Positions 1 through 9,192 of a stretch of DNA of 64,000 bases are shown here, piece by piece. A model generated the notes under the pieces. That model saw only the letters and a program-made list of their open reading frames with translations. It was not told the origin of the DNA and did no database searches. The position numbers and the translations under genes are program-made. How positions within the stretch are numbered: position 1 is the stretch's first letter; each line of letters opens with the position of its first letter. Source of the stretch: Anaerohalosphaeraceae bacterium (GTDB taxonomy: Bacteria; Planctomycetota; Phycisphaerae; Sedimentisphaerales; Anaerohalosphaeraceae); assembly GCA_963675525.2 (NCBI GenBank), contig CAXXSL010000016.1, forward strand, positions 800,001-864,000, in the 5' to 3' direction.

Positions 1-1227
1 CCGGGGAAACTATGGGACTGCTCCAGTAAAGATACGGTTAGCACTGAAATCTTCATTGTTGAGGGCGATTCGGCAGGTGGTTCGGCCAAAGGCGGTCGTG
101 ACCGAAAGATTCAGGCGATTTTACCGTTGAAAGGTAAGATCCTCAATGTTGAAAAGGCCCGGCTGGAAAAAATGCTTGGCCATGAGGAAATTCGCACGAT
201 CATTAGTGCGCTGGGAACAGGAATCGGGGCGGACGAGTTTGATATCAGCAAATGCCGTTACGGCAAGATTGTTTTAATGACAGACGCCGATGTGGACGGG
301 GCGCATATTCGTACTCTCCTGCTGACATTTTTCTTTCGGCAGATGCCGCAACTTTTCGAACAGGGGCAGATCTATATTGCCCAACCGCCGTTGTATGAGA
401 TTAAGCGGAAAGGGCAAAAGAAATCTGAGTATATTCTTAATGAAGCACAGATGCGGCAAAACACGGAGAATCGCGGGTTAGAAGGGTCGGAGTTGGTTGT
501 TCGTGAACCGGATGGTACGATACGACAAGTCAAGCAGGCAAAGCTGGCGTTTTTGGTAAAGATCATGAATGACGCGGAGCGGAGTCTAAGTATTCTGGCC
601 CGCCGGGGTATTGTGTTTAAGGATTTTGTGGAGACATATTTTAACGGCAAACAATTGCCGGTGTATCAGATTCGTGCCGAAGGGGCCGATGAGTTTTATC
701 ATCACAAGGACGACTACGAAAAACGGCTTTCCGAATTAAACAGCGCTTCTTTGGAGATCGATGAAGAGACTCAGCAGGAAAAGGCATTTTTCTCCGAAGA
801 GATGCATGAGGTTTTACGGCTCAATGAAATCTGCAGCCGTCTGCAACAGGACTATGATTTGGATTGGCGGGACTGTTTACTGCAGCAGCAGAAAAGCGTT
901 TCCGGCGAAGATTTACCGACCCGGTTTGTGGTTGTCAATGGCGGCCAGGAACACCCGGTTTCGTCGCTGGACCAGATCGCCCCGACGGTTCGACAAATCG
1001 GTTCCGGTGAGATGGAAATCAAGCGGTTCAAAGGGTTAGGCGAGATGAACTCTGACCAGCTTTGGAGCACCACAATGGACCCGACACAGCGAACGCTGTT
1101 AAAAGTTCAGCTTGAAGACGCTGGCGAGGCGGACCGCCTGTTCAGTATTTTAATGGGTGATGATGTGGAAAAGCGTCGAAACTTTATCCAGGAACATGCC
1201 CTTGAGGTACAAAATCTGGATGTTTAA
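1..1227 (+). CDS. gyrB: DNA gyrase subunit B, C-terminal part (5' end outside window)
   Basis: Frame 1 is open from base 1: [42 protein letters not shown] and RFKGLGEMN motifs, ending in NLDV. Confidence 0.97.
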   Translation, partial: PGKLWDCSSKDTVSTEIFIVEGDSAGGSAKGGRDRKIQAILPLKGKILNVEKARLEKMLGHEEIRTIISALGTGIGADEFDISKCRYGKIVLMTDADVDGAHIRTLLLTFFFRQMPQLFEQGQIYIAQPPLYEIKRKGQKKSEYILNEAQMRQNTENRGLEGSELVVREPDGTIRQVKQAKLAFLVKIMNDAERSLSILARRGIVFKDFVETYFNGKQLPVYQIRAEGADEFYHHKDDYEKRLSELNSASLEIDEETQQEKAFFSEEMHEVLRLNEICSRLQQDYDLDWRDCLLQQQKSVSGEDLPTRFVVVNGGQEHPVSSLDQIAPTVRQIGSGEMEIKRFKGLGEMNSDQLWSTTMDPTQRTLLKVQLEDAGEADRLFSILMGDDVEKRRNFIQEHALEVQNLDV

Positions 1228-1344
1228 GGATATCAGGCAAAAACTTTTTGTCTTGCAATTCATTGAAAGGTACATGAAAATAGGTCGGGAAAAAGAATCC
1301 ATGATGGATTTACGCCTTACCGAGGCAAAGAGACGGAGGTCATT

Positions 1345-2040
1345 ATGAGCATAAAAACGAAAACAGCAATTTTACTGACAATGGTTTTGACGTTGTGCTT
1401 GTCCGGCTGTCAATGGTTTCAGAAAAAAGATACGAAGCCGTACCAAGAGATCAGCCCGGCGGCTGATTCCCAGAAAACCGATCTGCTCAAGCAGATCGAG
1501 CGCAAGTACGAAAACCCGGTTGCCCATTACCAGCTCGGAAAGCTCTACCATGCGGATGGACTGCTGCAAAAGGCTGAGTTTGAGTATCGGGTTGCGTTGG
1601 GATTTGATCCGGTCCATTACAAGGCTCAGGCGGCGACCGTCAAGGTGTTGTTGGATGGCGGCGACAAGGCGCGGTCAAGAATGGCGGCGGATCTCTATAT
1701 GAATCAGGCCGCTGTCAGCGCGGAAGCGTCTCTGCTGCTTGGGAAGGCGATGCAAAGAGAGGGCCTTGATGAGTTTGCGTTGGCCTGTTACCAGCAGTCG
1801 GGGATGTTGGCGCCGAATTCGGCGGTGGTTTACCGACAGATCGGTTACTATTACCTGGGCAAAGGCGACCAGGTGCGGGCCGAAGAAAATCTGCGGCACA
1901 GTTTTCAACTGGACCCCTATCAGCCGGAAGTGGCTGAGGAATTGGGCCGGATGGGTGTAATGGTGCAAATCCCCCGCAAACCCGCCAAGAGCGATAACTT
2001 CCTTAATAGGCTCTTGAAAAAGGAAGAAGCACAAGAATAA
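1345..2040 (+). CDS. TPR-repeat lipoprotein
   Basis: GGAGG RBS, lipobox LSGC after a hydrophobic signal, TPR-like helices (AHYQLGKLY, VYRQIGYYY...QLDPY). Confidence 0.8.
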   Translation: MSIKTKTAILLTMVLTLCLSGCQWFQKKDTKPYQEISPAADSQKTDLLKQIERKYENPVAHYQLGKLYHADGLLQKAEFEYRVALGFDPVHYKAQAATVKVLLDGGDKARSRMAADLYMNQAAVSAEASLLLGKAMQREGLDEFALACYQQSGMLAPNSAVVYRQIGYYYLGKGDQVRAEENLRHSFQLDPYQPEVAEELGRMGVMVQIPRKPAKSDNFLNRLLKKEEAQE

Positions 2041-2087
2041 TATCCGAGCCACCGAATGCAAGTGACCGGTTAATCGATAAAAAAATC

Positions 2088-2118
2088 AAAGCCGACTCGA
2101 CTCGAGTCGGCTTTTTTT
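2088..2118 (+). terminator. Intrinsic terminator
   Basis: AAAGCCGACTCGA-C-TCGAGTCGGCTTT inverted repeat followed by a T tract. Confidence 0.8.
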
Positions 2119-2134
2119 ATTTTCTAAAAAAGCC

Positions 2135-2162
2135 TTGTAATTTTGTTTTTTTTTGGTATTCT
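2135..2162 (+). promoter_or_regulatory. Putative sigma70 promoter upstream of the structured RNA and tRNA-Gln
   Basis: TTGTAA-16 nt-TATTCT with extended TGn. Confidence 0.45.
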
Positions 2163-2177
2163 CTGTTTTTTAATTTT

Positions 2178-2392
2178 GCCCTGTCGCACGGGGTTGCGAC
2201 GAGAACACGGTTTTCAGTGTTAAAAATGGGGCTGACAGGTATCGCAGCATGGTCAGCTCAAGCCTCCGACAGGGCCAGGTCAATATCGCTTTTCAAAGCG
2301 GATTCTGCGACCAGCTATGCCATGATGTAATAAAACGGCCGGCGTATAACATCTTTGAGTTTTCGCCATAAGTCTTTATGCCGGCTGTTTTT
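2178..2392 (+). ncRNA. Candidate structured RNA of unknown class
   Basis: ORF-free. Closing stem GCCCTGTCG/CGACAGGGC, several internal hairpins, and a final 15-bp stem plus T tract. Confidence 0.4.
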
Positions 2393-2404
2393 ACCTTAAA
2401 TCGT

Positions 2405-2476
2405 TACCCGGTGGTGTAATCGGTAACACTCGAGTTTTTGGTACTCGTATTTCAGGTTCGAGTCCTGGCCGGGTAG
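2405..2476 (+). tRNA. tRNA-Gln (TTG)
   Basis: Acceptor TACCCGG/CCGGGTA, anticodon stem CGAGT/ACTCG with loop TTTTGGT, T-loop GGTTCGAGTCC; CCA not encoded. Confidence 0.95.
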
Positions 2477-2535
2477 CTTTATTCATTGCCAGTTAATGAA
2501 TGACGATTGACAAAGTTTAAGTTCTTTAAGTTATT

Positions 2536-3498
2536 ATGATCGAACGAGTTGCGATAATTTTGGCAGCGGGGCAAAGTACCCGGATGAACACCCGCATACC
2601 GAAGGTGCTGCACGAAGTGTGCGGTCGTCCGATGCTGGAGTGGGTGCTGGAAGCCTGCCGGAATGCCGGTGTGCAAAGGCATATCGTTGTTGTCGGTTAC
2701 GGCAAAGAGCAGATTATCGAGCGATTCGCCGCTGCCGGGGATGTCGAATTCGTCGAGCAGGCCGAACAAAAAGGAACGGGTCACGCCGTGATGTGCTGCC
2801 GAGAGAAGCTGGAGGGGTTTTCCGGGCAGACACTGGTTTTGTGCGGCGATGCCCCGTTGATTCGTGCCGAAACCGTCAAAGTGCTGATCGAACAACACGC
2901 CCAGGAAAAAGCAGCCGTTACTTTGGCGACCGCCATCATGGACGATCCGGGCGGCTATGGGCGCATTGTCCGCGACGGATACGGCAATATTCAGGGTATC
3001 GTTGAGCATAACGATTGTACCCCGGAGCAGCGTACCATCGGCGAAATCAACCCCGGTTATTTTTGTTTCCAGACACCATTGCTTTTAGAGGCACTCAACA
3101 AGATTACTCCCAACAATACCAAAAACGAGTATTATTTAACCGATGCTCTGCACATTTTATTGGCCGAAGGGCATAAAGCGACGGCCGTCACGGCGGTTGC
3201 CCCTGAGGACGCGATGGGCGTTAATAATCGGATGCAGTTGAGTGTTGTCGGGAAAATTATGCAGCAGCGCATTCAGGAACGGTTAATGAATGCGGGGGTC
3301 ACGATCATTGACCCTCCGAACACCTGGATTGATGCTCGTGCCCATATTTGTCAAGATGCGGTGATCGAACCGTTTACATGTATTCGCGGGGCTGTTATGA
3401 TCGGCGCTAATTGCCGGATCGGCCCTTTTGCCTATTTGCACGAAGGTGCGGATGTTAAAGAGGGGTCCATTGTGGGCGTATTTCAGGAACTAAAATAA
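2536..3498 (+). CDS. glmU: UDP-GlcNAc pyrophosphorylase (GlmU-like; beta-helix acetyltransferase region largely missing)
   Basis: ILAAGQSTRM, QKGTGHAV, LCGDAPL, EYYLTD and GVNNR motifs; only 320 aa; directly upstream of prs. Confidence 0.85.
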   Translation: MIERVAIILAAGQSTRMNTRIPKVLHEVCGRPMLEWVLEACRNAGVQRHIVVVGYGKEQIIERFAAAGDVEFVEQAEQKGTGHAVMCCREKLEGFSGQTLVLCGDAPLIRAETVKVLIEQHAQEKAAVTLATAIMDDPGGYGRIVRDGYGNIQGIVEHNDCTPEQRTIGEINPGYFCFQTPLLLEALNKITPNNTKNEYYLTDALHILLAEGHKATAVTAVAPEDAMGVNNRMQLSVVGKIMQQRIQERLMNAGVTIIDPPNTWIDARAHICQDAVIEPFTCIRGAVMIGANCRIGPFAYLHEGADVKEGSIVGVFQELK

Positions 3499-3522
3499 CA
3501 ACGTCAAAACAGGAAATGAAAT

Positions 3523-4482
3523 ATGTTGAATAACCCTACAATTGTTTTTAGCGGCACCAGTAACCCGGCTCTGGCTGAGTCGGTCTGCCGGTATTTGAAC
3601 CTGGAGCCGGGCAAGGTAGAAATCTCCTGTTTTCCTGACGGCGAAAAGTTTATACGTTTGGAATCAGATGTTCGTGGACGGGATGTTTTTGTGATTCAAT
3701 CGACTTGTTCCCCGGTCGATCAAAATCTCGTCGAGCTTTTGATCTTTCTCGAATGCCTGCGTCGTGCCAGCGCAGCGCGTGTGACAGCAGTGATTCCGTA
3801 TTTCGGTTATGCCCGGCAGGACCGTAAAGACACCGGGCGGGTTCCGATCACGGCCAAGCTGATGGCCAACCTGATCACCTCCGCCGGGGCCAACCGTGTT
3901 TTATCGATCGACCTTCATGCCAATCAGCTTCAGGGCTTTTTTGACATTCCGATGGATCATCTGACCGCGGAACCGGTCATTGTTCAATACCTGACTCAAA
4001 AGCGGCTGACGAATCTAACCGTCGTCGCGCCGGATGTCGGAAACATGAAGAAAGCCTCTCGTTATGCGACAGCGCTAGGGGCGGAACTGGCCATCATCCA
4101 TAAGCGCCGCTTATCCGGCCAGGAAATCTTGTGCGAGGAAATCATCGGTTCTGTGGAAGGACGTAATATTGTGATGGTGGACGATATGATCTCTACGGCC
4201 GGCACGATCTGCGGGGCAGCGAAAATGGCCAAGGACCGCGGCGCCAAAAAGATTGTTGTCGGAGCGACTCACGGTGTATTTGCGGGTCCGGCAGCGGAGC
4301 GTCTGGCGGCATCACCGATCGATGAGTTTTTTGTGACGGATACCATTCCGCTTCAGGTTTCCGCTCAGAAGCTTAAGAACCTGAAAATTTTAAGTATCGC
4401 TCCGTTTCTCGGAGAAGCCATTCGGCGCATTCACAGCAATGAGTCATTGAGCTCCATGTTTCAGCATTTTGGGAAAATATAA
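3523..4482 (+). CDS. prs: Ribose-phosphate pyrophosphokinase
   Basis: FPDGE, PYFGYARQDRK, DLHA and VDDMISTAGT motifs. Confidence 0.97.
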   Translation: MLNNPTIVFSGTSNPALAESVCRYLNLEPGKVEISCFPDGEKFIRLESDVRGRDVFVIQSTCSPVDQNLVELLIFLECLRRASAARVTAVIPYFGYARQDRKDTGRVPITAKLMANLITSAGANRVLSIDLHANQLQGFFDIPMDHLTAEPVIVQYLTQKRLTNLTVVAPDVGNMKKASRYATALGAELAIIHKRRLSGQEILCEEIIGSVEGRNIVMVDDMISTAGTICGAAKMAKDRGAKKIVVGATHGVFAGPAAERLAASPIDEFFVTDTIPLQVSAQKLKNLKILSIAPFLGEAIRRIHSNESLSSMFQHFGKI

Positions 4483-4557
4483 CGACTTACGATAGACGTG
4501 TGCCAATGGGAACCTATGTCCTATTGGCGAATTAAAAAAGAAAGGAAAGAGGTATTT

Positions 4558-5202
4558 ATGTCAGATACAGTAGTGCTCAAAGCGGAAACTCGTGAACAGG
4601 CGGGCTCCAAAATAGCGGTACGTCTGCGTGAACAGGGTAAGCTGCCGGTCATTGTGTACGGGCACAAGCAGGACTCGATTTCAGCCAGCGTCAACGCACA
4701 CGATTTTGTGGAAGCCCTGCATCACGGCCATCGTATTATCGATGTTGATATCGACGGCAAAAAGGAAACCATATTGGTAAAAGCCCTGCAATATGACCAT
4801 CTTGGCAAGTCTGTCATCCATGCCGACCTGATGCGTGTGAACCTGAGTGAACGTGTGAAGGTTGGCGTGGCAATTGAGCTTCGCGGCACGGCGAAAGGAA
4901 CGCATGAAGGCGGTCTTGTTGAAGAGATACTCAGTCAGATCGAAGTGGAATGCAAAGTCAGCGATATCCCGGAAAAGCTGTTCGTTGACATTAAAGAGCT
5001 GGGCGTTGGCGATGTTATTCATGCCTGTGATATCGAATTGCTGGGCAACTTCAAGCTGATAACCGACCCGGATGCGGTGGTTGTTATTTGCCAGGAGCCA
5101 AAGGTTGTCGTTGAAGAATCCGCCGTAGAGGTCGAAGGTGCCGAAGAAGCCTCAGCCGAGCCTGAAGTGATTACCGAGAAGAAAACAGAAGAATCGGAAT
5201 AA
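4558..5202 (+). CDS. rplY: 50S ribosomal protein L25/Ctc
   Basis: LREQGKLPVIVYG and HADLMRV; long Ctc form; start moved to ATG 4558 after GAGG RBS. Confidence 0.95.
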   Translation: MSDTVVLKAETREQAGSKIAVRLREQGKLPVIVYGHKQDSISASVNAHDFVEALHHGHRIIDVDIDGKKETILVKALQYDHLGKSVIHADLMRVNLSERVKVGVAIELRGTAKGTHEGGLVEEILSQIEVECKVSDIPEKLFVDIKELGVGDVIHACDIELLGNFKLITDPDAVVVICQEPKVVVEESAVEVEGAEEASAEPEVITEKKTEESE

Positions 5203-5307
5203 ACTCCTTCTGACCCGAATGGAATCAGGATTTTGGTTAAAAACTGGACAGATCGGATTCGATGCCTATTGGGCATCCATTCTTTGAAAACGAAAGAGAA
5301 CGCAAGA

Positions 5308-5880
5308 GTGAAACTGATTGTCGGGCTTGGAAATCCGGGAACTCAATATGATGGCACGCGGCACAATGCCGGGTTTATGGTTTTGGATGCCCTGGCTGAG
5401 ACGTTCGATGTAAAGATCCGGCGTCAAAAATTTAATGCTCTTGCCGAAGAAGTTGTATGGGATCTCGATAAGCTGTTGCTGCTGAAGCCGCAGCAGTATA
5501 TGAATCGCAGCGGTCATGCGGTTGCCACGGCAGCGGGGTTTTATAAACTGGATCCGGCGGACGTGCTGGTTGTGACCGATGATATGGCACTGGAAACGGG
5601 ACAACTGCGTCTTCGCCCAAAAGGATCTGCCGGCGGACATAATGGTCTCAAAGACATTATCGCGCGGCTTGGGACCGATCAGTTTCCGCGGTTGCGGGTT
5701 GGTGTGGGTTCCTGCGGACAGCGTGACGCAGCTGATTATGTTCTTTCGCGGTTTGGTGACGATGAACGAGACATCATTCGTCAAGCAGTTGTGTCCGCGG
5801 CCGCGGCGGTTCGTTGCTGGGTTACGGATGGCATTGAAACGGCGATGACGCGATACAATGCCAAGCCGACGGGCCAATAG
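5308..5880 (+). CDS. pth: Peptidyl-tRNA hydrolase
   Basis: KLIVGLGNPG..Y..TRHNAGF and GSAGGHNGLK; GTG start at 5308. Confidence 0.96.
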   Translation: MKLIVGLGNPGTQYDGTRHNAGFMVLDALAETFDVKIRRQKFNALAEEVVWDLDKLLLLKPQQYMNRSGHAVATAAGFYKLDPADVLVVTDDMALETGQLRLRPKGSAGGHNGLKDIIARLGTDQFPRLRVGVGSCGQRDAADYVLSRFGDDERDIIRQAVVSAAAAVRCWVTDGIETAMTRYNAKPTGQ

Positions 5881-5990
5881 GCATGGATAAATTTGAGGCC
5901 GACCAAATATTGGAATGTCCGGAAGATGGATTTCGGAATTAAATGATGAACTGAAATAAAGAAATAATTAAATCCTTAATCATAGGAGGT

Positions 5991-6419
5991 ATGAACTTGA
6001 AAACAGCAGTAAAAAGACTTTATGAAGGGTTGTTCCTTGTCGATTCCGGCCTGGCCGCCCAGGACTGGCAGAAAATGCTCGATGAAGTTCAGCGTGTCAT
6101 GGATCGCGCAGGAGCCGAAATCGTTTCGCTGAAAAAGTGGGATGATCGGCGAATGGCTTACGAGATCCAGGGCAAGGTACGCGGTACTTATATCCTCGTG
6201 TATTTCAACTGCGACACCGAAAAGGTCAAAGGGATCGAACGCGATGTTCAGCTTTCGGAAATATTGATGCGTGTGATGATTCTGCGCACCGACAAAATGA
6301 GCGACAAAGACATCGAAAAACAAACGCCTGCAGAATCAGCTCCTGTTGCCGAAGAGTTGCCTGAAGAACCGACGGATGAGGAAGTTGATACCGATGACAG
6401 CGACGAAGAAACCGTTTAA
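5991..6419 (+). CDS. rpsF: 30S ribosomal protein S6
   Basis: YEGLFLV and WDDRRMAYEI, acidic tail; rpsF-ssb-rpsR-rplI order. Confidence 0.93.
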   Translation: MNLKTAVKRLYEGLFLVDSGLAAQDWQKMLDEVQRVMDRAGAEIVSLKKWDDRRMAYEIQGKVRGTYILVYFNCDTEKVKGIERDVQLSEILMRVMILRTDKMSDKDIEKQTPAESAPVAEELPEEPTDEEVDTDDSDEETV

Positions 6420-6480
6420 GTGCCTCGTGTTTGTATGAAGTGTGAAGGCTTAAACGATATTCTCCAGAAAGGACAGGACA

Positions 6481-6912
6481 ATGGCAAATCTGAATAAAGT
6501 GTTACTCATGGGAAATATGACGCGCGATCCGCAACTATCGTATTTACCCAGCCAAACGCCGGTCGTTGAATTTGGTCTGGCAATGAATCGCCGGTACAAA
6601 AAACAGGACGGCAGTATGGCCGACGATACCTGTTTTGTGGATTGCCAGATGTTCGGCAAACGTGCTGAAACCGTGAATAAGTATTTCAAAAAAGGAGACC
6701 CGATTTTTGTCGAAGGGCGACTGAAATATGATTCATGGGAAAAAGACGGCAAAAGGCAAAGCCGTCTGCGGGTTTTTGTTGAGAACTTCGAATTTCTTGG
6801 TAAAGGTGGCCAGAGTGGCGGCGGTCATGCATCGCAGTCGGCGGGCAGTGCCCCGGACACCTCAATGGATGCGCCGTATGGCGCCGATGTCAACGACGAT
6901 ATTCCCTTTTAA
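6481..6912 (+). CDS. ssb: Single-stranded DNA-binding protein
   Basis: NKVLLMGNMTRDP, VEGRL, C-terminal DDIPF. Confidence 0.97.
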   Translation: MANLNKVLLMGNMTRDPQLSYLPSQTPVVEFGLAMNRRYKKQDGSMADDTCFVDCQMFGKRAETVNKYFKKGDPIFVEGRLKYDSWEKDGKRQSRLRVFVENFEFLGKGGQSGGGHASQSAGSAPDTSMDAPYGADVNDDIPF

Positions 6913-6986
6913 CCCGGCGCGGTCGTTCCGGCCGGGATGAATGATCAGATAGTAAAACGAATTTAATCAATGAATCAGGAATAAAC

Positions 6987-7244
6987 ATGGCAAGACCCAA
7001 TCAAACAAACAAACGGAAGAAAAAAGCGAACTTAACAATTCGCGAGCAGACACAGTGCCGTTTTTGCCGGGAAGGCAAAAATTACGTCGATTATAAGGAT
7101 ATCGATGTTTTGCAGAAGCTATTAACCAACCGCGGAAAAATCTTTTCCCGCAAGCGCAGCGGAAACTGCGCCGGTTGTCAACGTAAGGTTAAAACCGCCA
7201 TCAAGCGTGCACGGTTTATGGCACTTCTGCAATACACCAGCTAA
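6987..7244 (+). CDS. rpsR: 30S ribosomal protein S18 (Zn-binding Cys form)
   Basis: CRFC, VDYKD, GNCAGCQR, AIKRAR. Confidence 0.96.
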   Translation: MARPNQTNKRKKKANLTIREQTQCRFCREGKNYVDYKDIDVLQKLLTNRGKIFSRKRSGNCAGCQRKVKTAIKRARFMALLQYTS

Positions 7245-7312
7245 CACGGCGTTTTTTAATGACTTATGACAATTGAGCGAATTGTGTAGAAAAAAAATGG
7301 AGAGCGACTATA

Positions 7313-7804
7313 ATGAAGTTACTTTTATTTGAAGATGTGGAAAGTCTGGGCTGGCTAGGCGACATTGTGGATGTCAAAGACGGCTATGCTCGTAATTATC
7401 TGCTGCCGCAGGGACTGGCTGGTGTGCCGACCGAATCGAGTATTGAGGGACTGGCCGAAGAAAAGGCTCGCCGTGCGGAATTGCGTGAGTTGAAACAAAA
7501 AGAAAAAGAATCAGTGGCGACTGCGGTCGAAGGTGCTGAGGTGGTTCTGGCTGCCAAGACGAACGAATTGGGACATTTGTTCGGCTCTGTGACAGAACGC
7601 GATATTGCTGATAATCTGCGACAGCAGGGATTTGCTATTCAGGATAAGATGGTGCGGTTGGCCGGTGGCCACATTAAAGAACTTGGCACATACGATATTG
7701 CGTTGAAAGTGACCGCAGAACTGTTGGCGAATATTCGCGTAGTTGTAGTATCTCAGGATGAGACCGTTGACGCAACCGAAGAAGACACAAATACGGAAGA
7801 CTAA
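7313..7804 (+). CDS. rplI: 50S ribosomal protein L9
   Basis: VKDGYARNYLLP, GHLFGSVT, IKELG. Confidence 0.96.
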   Translation: MKLLLFEDVESLGWLGDIVDVKDGYARNYLLPQGLAGVPTESSIEGLAEEKARRAELRELKQKEKESVATAVEGAEVVLAAKTNELGHLFGSVTERDIADNLRQQGFAIQDKMVRLAGGHIKELGTYDIALKVTAELLANIRVVVVSQDETVDATEEDTNTED

Positions 7805-9167
7805 CTGGACTGATGCCGATTTGCAGCAGCTTCTGCAGGGGCGTAAAATGCCCGCCTCGCCGGAAGCTGAAGCAGCGGTATTAGGCTCTATGCTTCTGGA
7901 TCGCGAGTGTATTGGCGATGTTGTCGAGCAAATCGGCAAAGACGCTTTTTCGTTAACGGAACATCGTATTATTTACGAAGCAATTCTGGCCCTTTATGAA
8001 AAGAACAGCCAGATTGACTTGGTTCTTCTCCGCGATGAACTAAAAAAACGCAAAAGCCTGGATGCCGTCGGCGGCGTCGATTACCTGGTACGCGTCATCG
8101 AGTCGGTCCCCTCGGCGGCCAGCGCTGAATATTATGCCAACATCGTCAAAGACAAAGGATTGTTACGTGATTTGGCGCGGACTTGCGGCGAGATACTGAA
8201 TGAGGCCTGCGATGAAGGCGGGGATGTCGGCGAGAAGCTGGATACCGCCGAACAGCAAATCTTTGCCGTCACCGAAAAGAAAATACAAGGCTCAGCGATT
8301 GCCATCAAAGACCTGATCACCCAGACGTTTGAGAACATTGAATCCCGTAAAGGCTCGCATGTGACGGGTTTATCAACGGGTTTCGAAGAATTGAATTATC
8401 AGCTTGCCGGGCTTCAAAAAGGTGAAATGATTATTATCGCCGGCCGGCCCAGTATGGGAAAGACCAGCTTTGCGCTCAATGTGGCCGAACATCTGGGCGC
8501 GGACGAGAATATTCCGGTAGCGATTTTCTCGCTTGAAATGGGAAAACATCAATTGGTCGAACGGTTTCTTTGCAGCCGGAGCAGTATTGATTCTCAGTTG
8601 GTTCGTAAAGGGATGTTGAGTACCGAGCAAATGGCGACATTGACCGAAGTAGCCGGTAAATTATACGAAAAACCGATTTTTATTGACGACTCACCCGGCC
8701 TGACCCCTTTGATGATCCGTGCCAAGTGCCGTCGTCTGAAAAGCCAGCATGACATTCAGGCGGTTTTTATTGACTATATGCAACTGATGAGCCTGGGGGG
8801 GCGTGTGGAATCCCGTCAGCAGGAAATCAGCACGATCTCGCGCTACCTGAAAGCACTGGCACGGGAACTGGATGTTCCGGTTGTTGTTTTGAGCCAGCTC
8901 AATCGCGGCGCCGAGGGACGTGAAGGACACCGCCCGCGCATGAGCGACCTGCGTGAAAGCGGCTCGATCGAACAGGATGCCGACGTTATTATGCTGTTGC
9001 ATCGTGAAGATTATTATCAGCGGGGAAATCCGGATTGGGAAGAAAACAATACCGCGGAAGTGATTATTGCCAAGCAGCGAAATGGACCGACGGGTGTTGT
9101 TGAGTTGATCTTTGACGGCCGTTTAACGCGGTTTAAACCCAAGAGCCGAATGTCGGATCCGTTTTGA
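7758..9167 (+). CDS. dnaB: Replicative DNA helicase (true start may be 7821 or 7848)
   Basis: EAEAAVLGS, AGRPSMGKT Walker A, IDYMQL, SDLRESGSIEQDAD, AKQRNGPTG. Confidence 0.97.
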   Translation: MRPLTQPKKTQIRKTNWTDADLQQLLQGRKMPASPEAEAAVLGSMLLDRECIGDVVEQIGKDAFSLTEHRIIYEAILALYEKNSQIDLVLLRDELKKRKSLDAVGGVDYLVRVIESVPSAASAEYYANIVKDKGLLRDLARTCGEILNEACDEGGDVGEKLDTAEQQIFAVTEKKIQGSAIAIKDLITQTFENIESRKGSHVTGLSTGFEELNYQLAGLQKGEMIIIAGRPSMGKTSFALNVAEHLGADENIPVAIFSLEMGKHQLVERFLCSRSSIDSQLVRKGMLSTEQMATLTEVAGKLYEKPIFIDDSPGLTPLMIRAKCRRLKSQHDIQAVFIDYMQLMSLGGRVESRQQEISTISRYLKALARELDVPVVVLSQLNRGAEGREGHRPRMSDLRESGSIEQDADVIMLLHREDYYQRGNPDWEENNTAEVIIAKQRNGPTGVVELIFDGRLTRFKPKSRMSDPF

Positions 9168-9192
9168 CAATGAAAAGCGAACTCATAAGGAG

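Noticed and set aside
400..1010. Long insertion in the GyrB TOPRIM region as a possible intein
   Set aside because: No intein terminal motifs; corresponds to the known insertion of long-type GyrB proteins
2228..2250. tmRNA-like 5' start GGGGCTGACAGG
   Set aside because: No matching tRNA-like 3' end or tag reading frame at the expected distance
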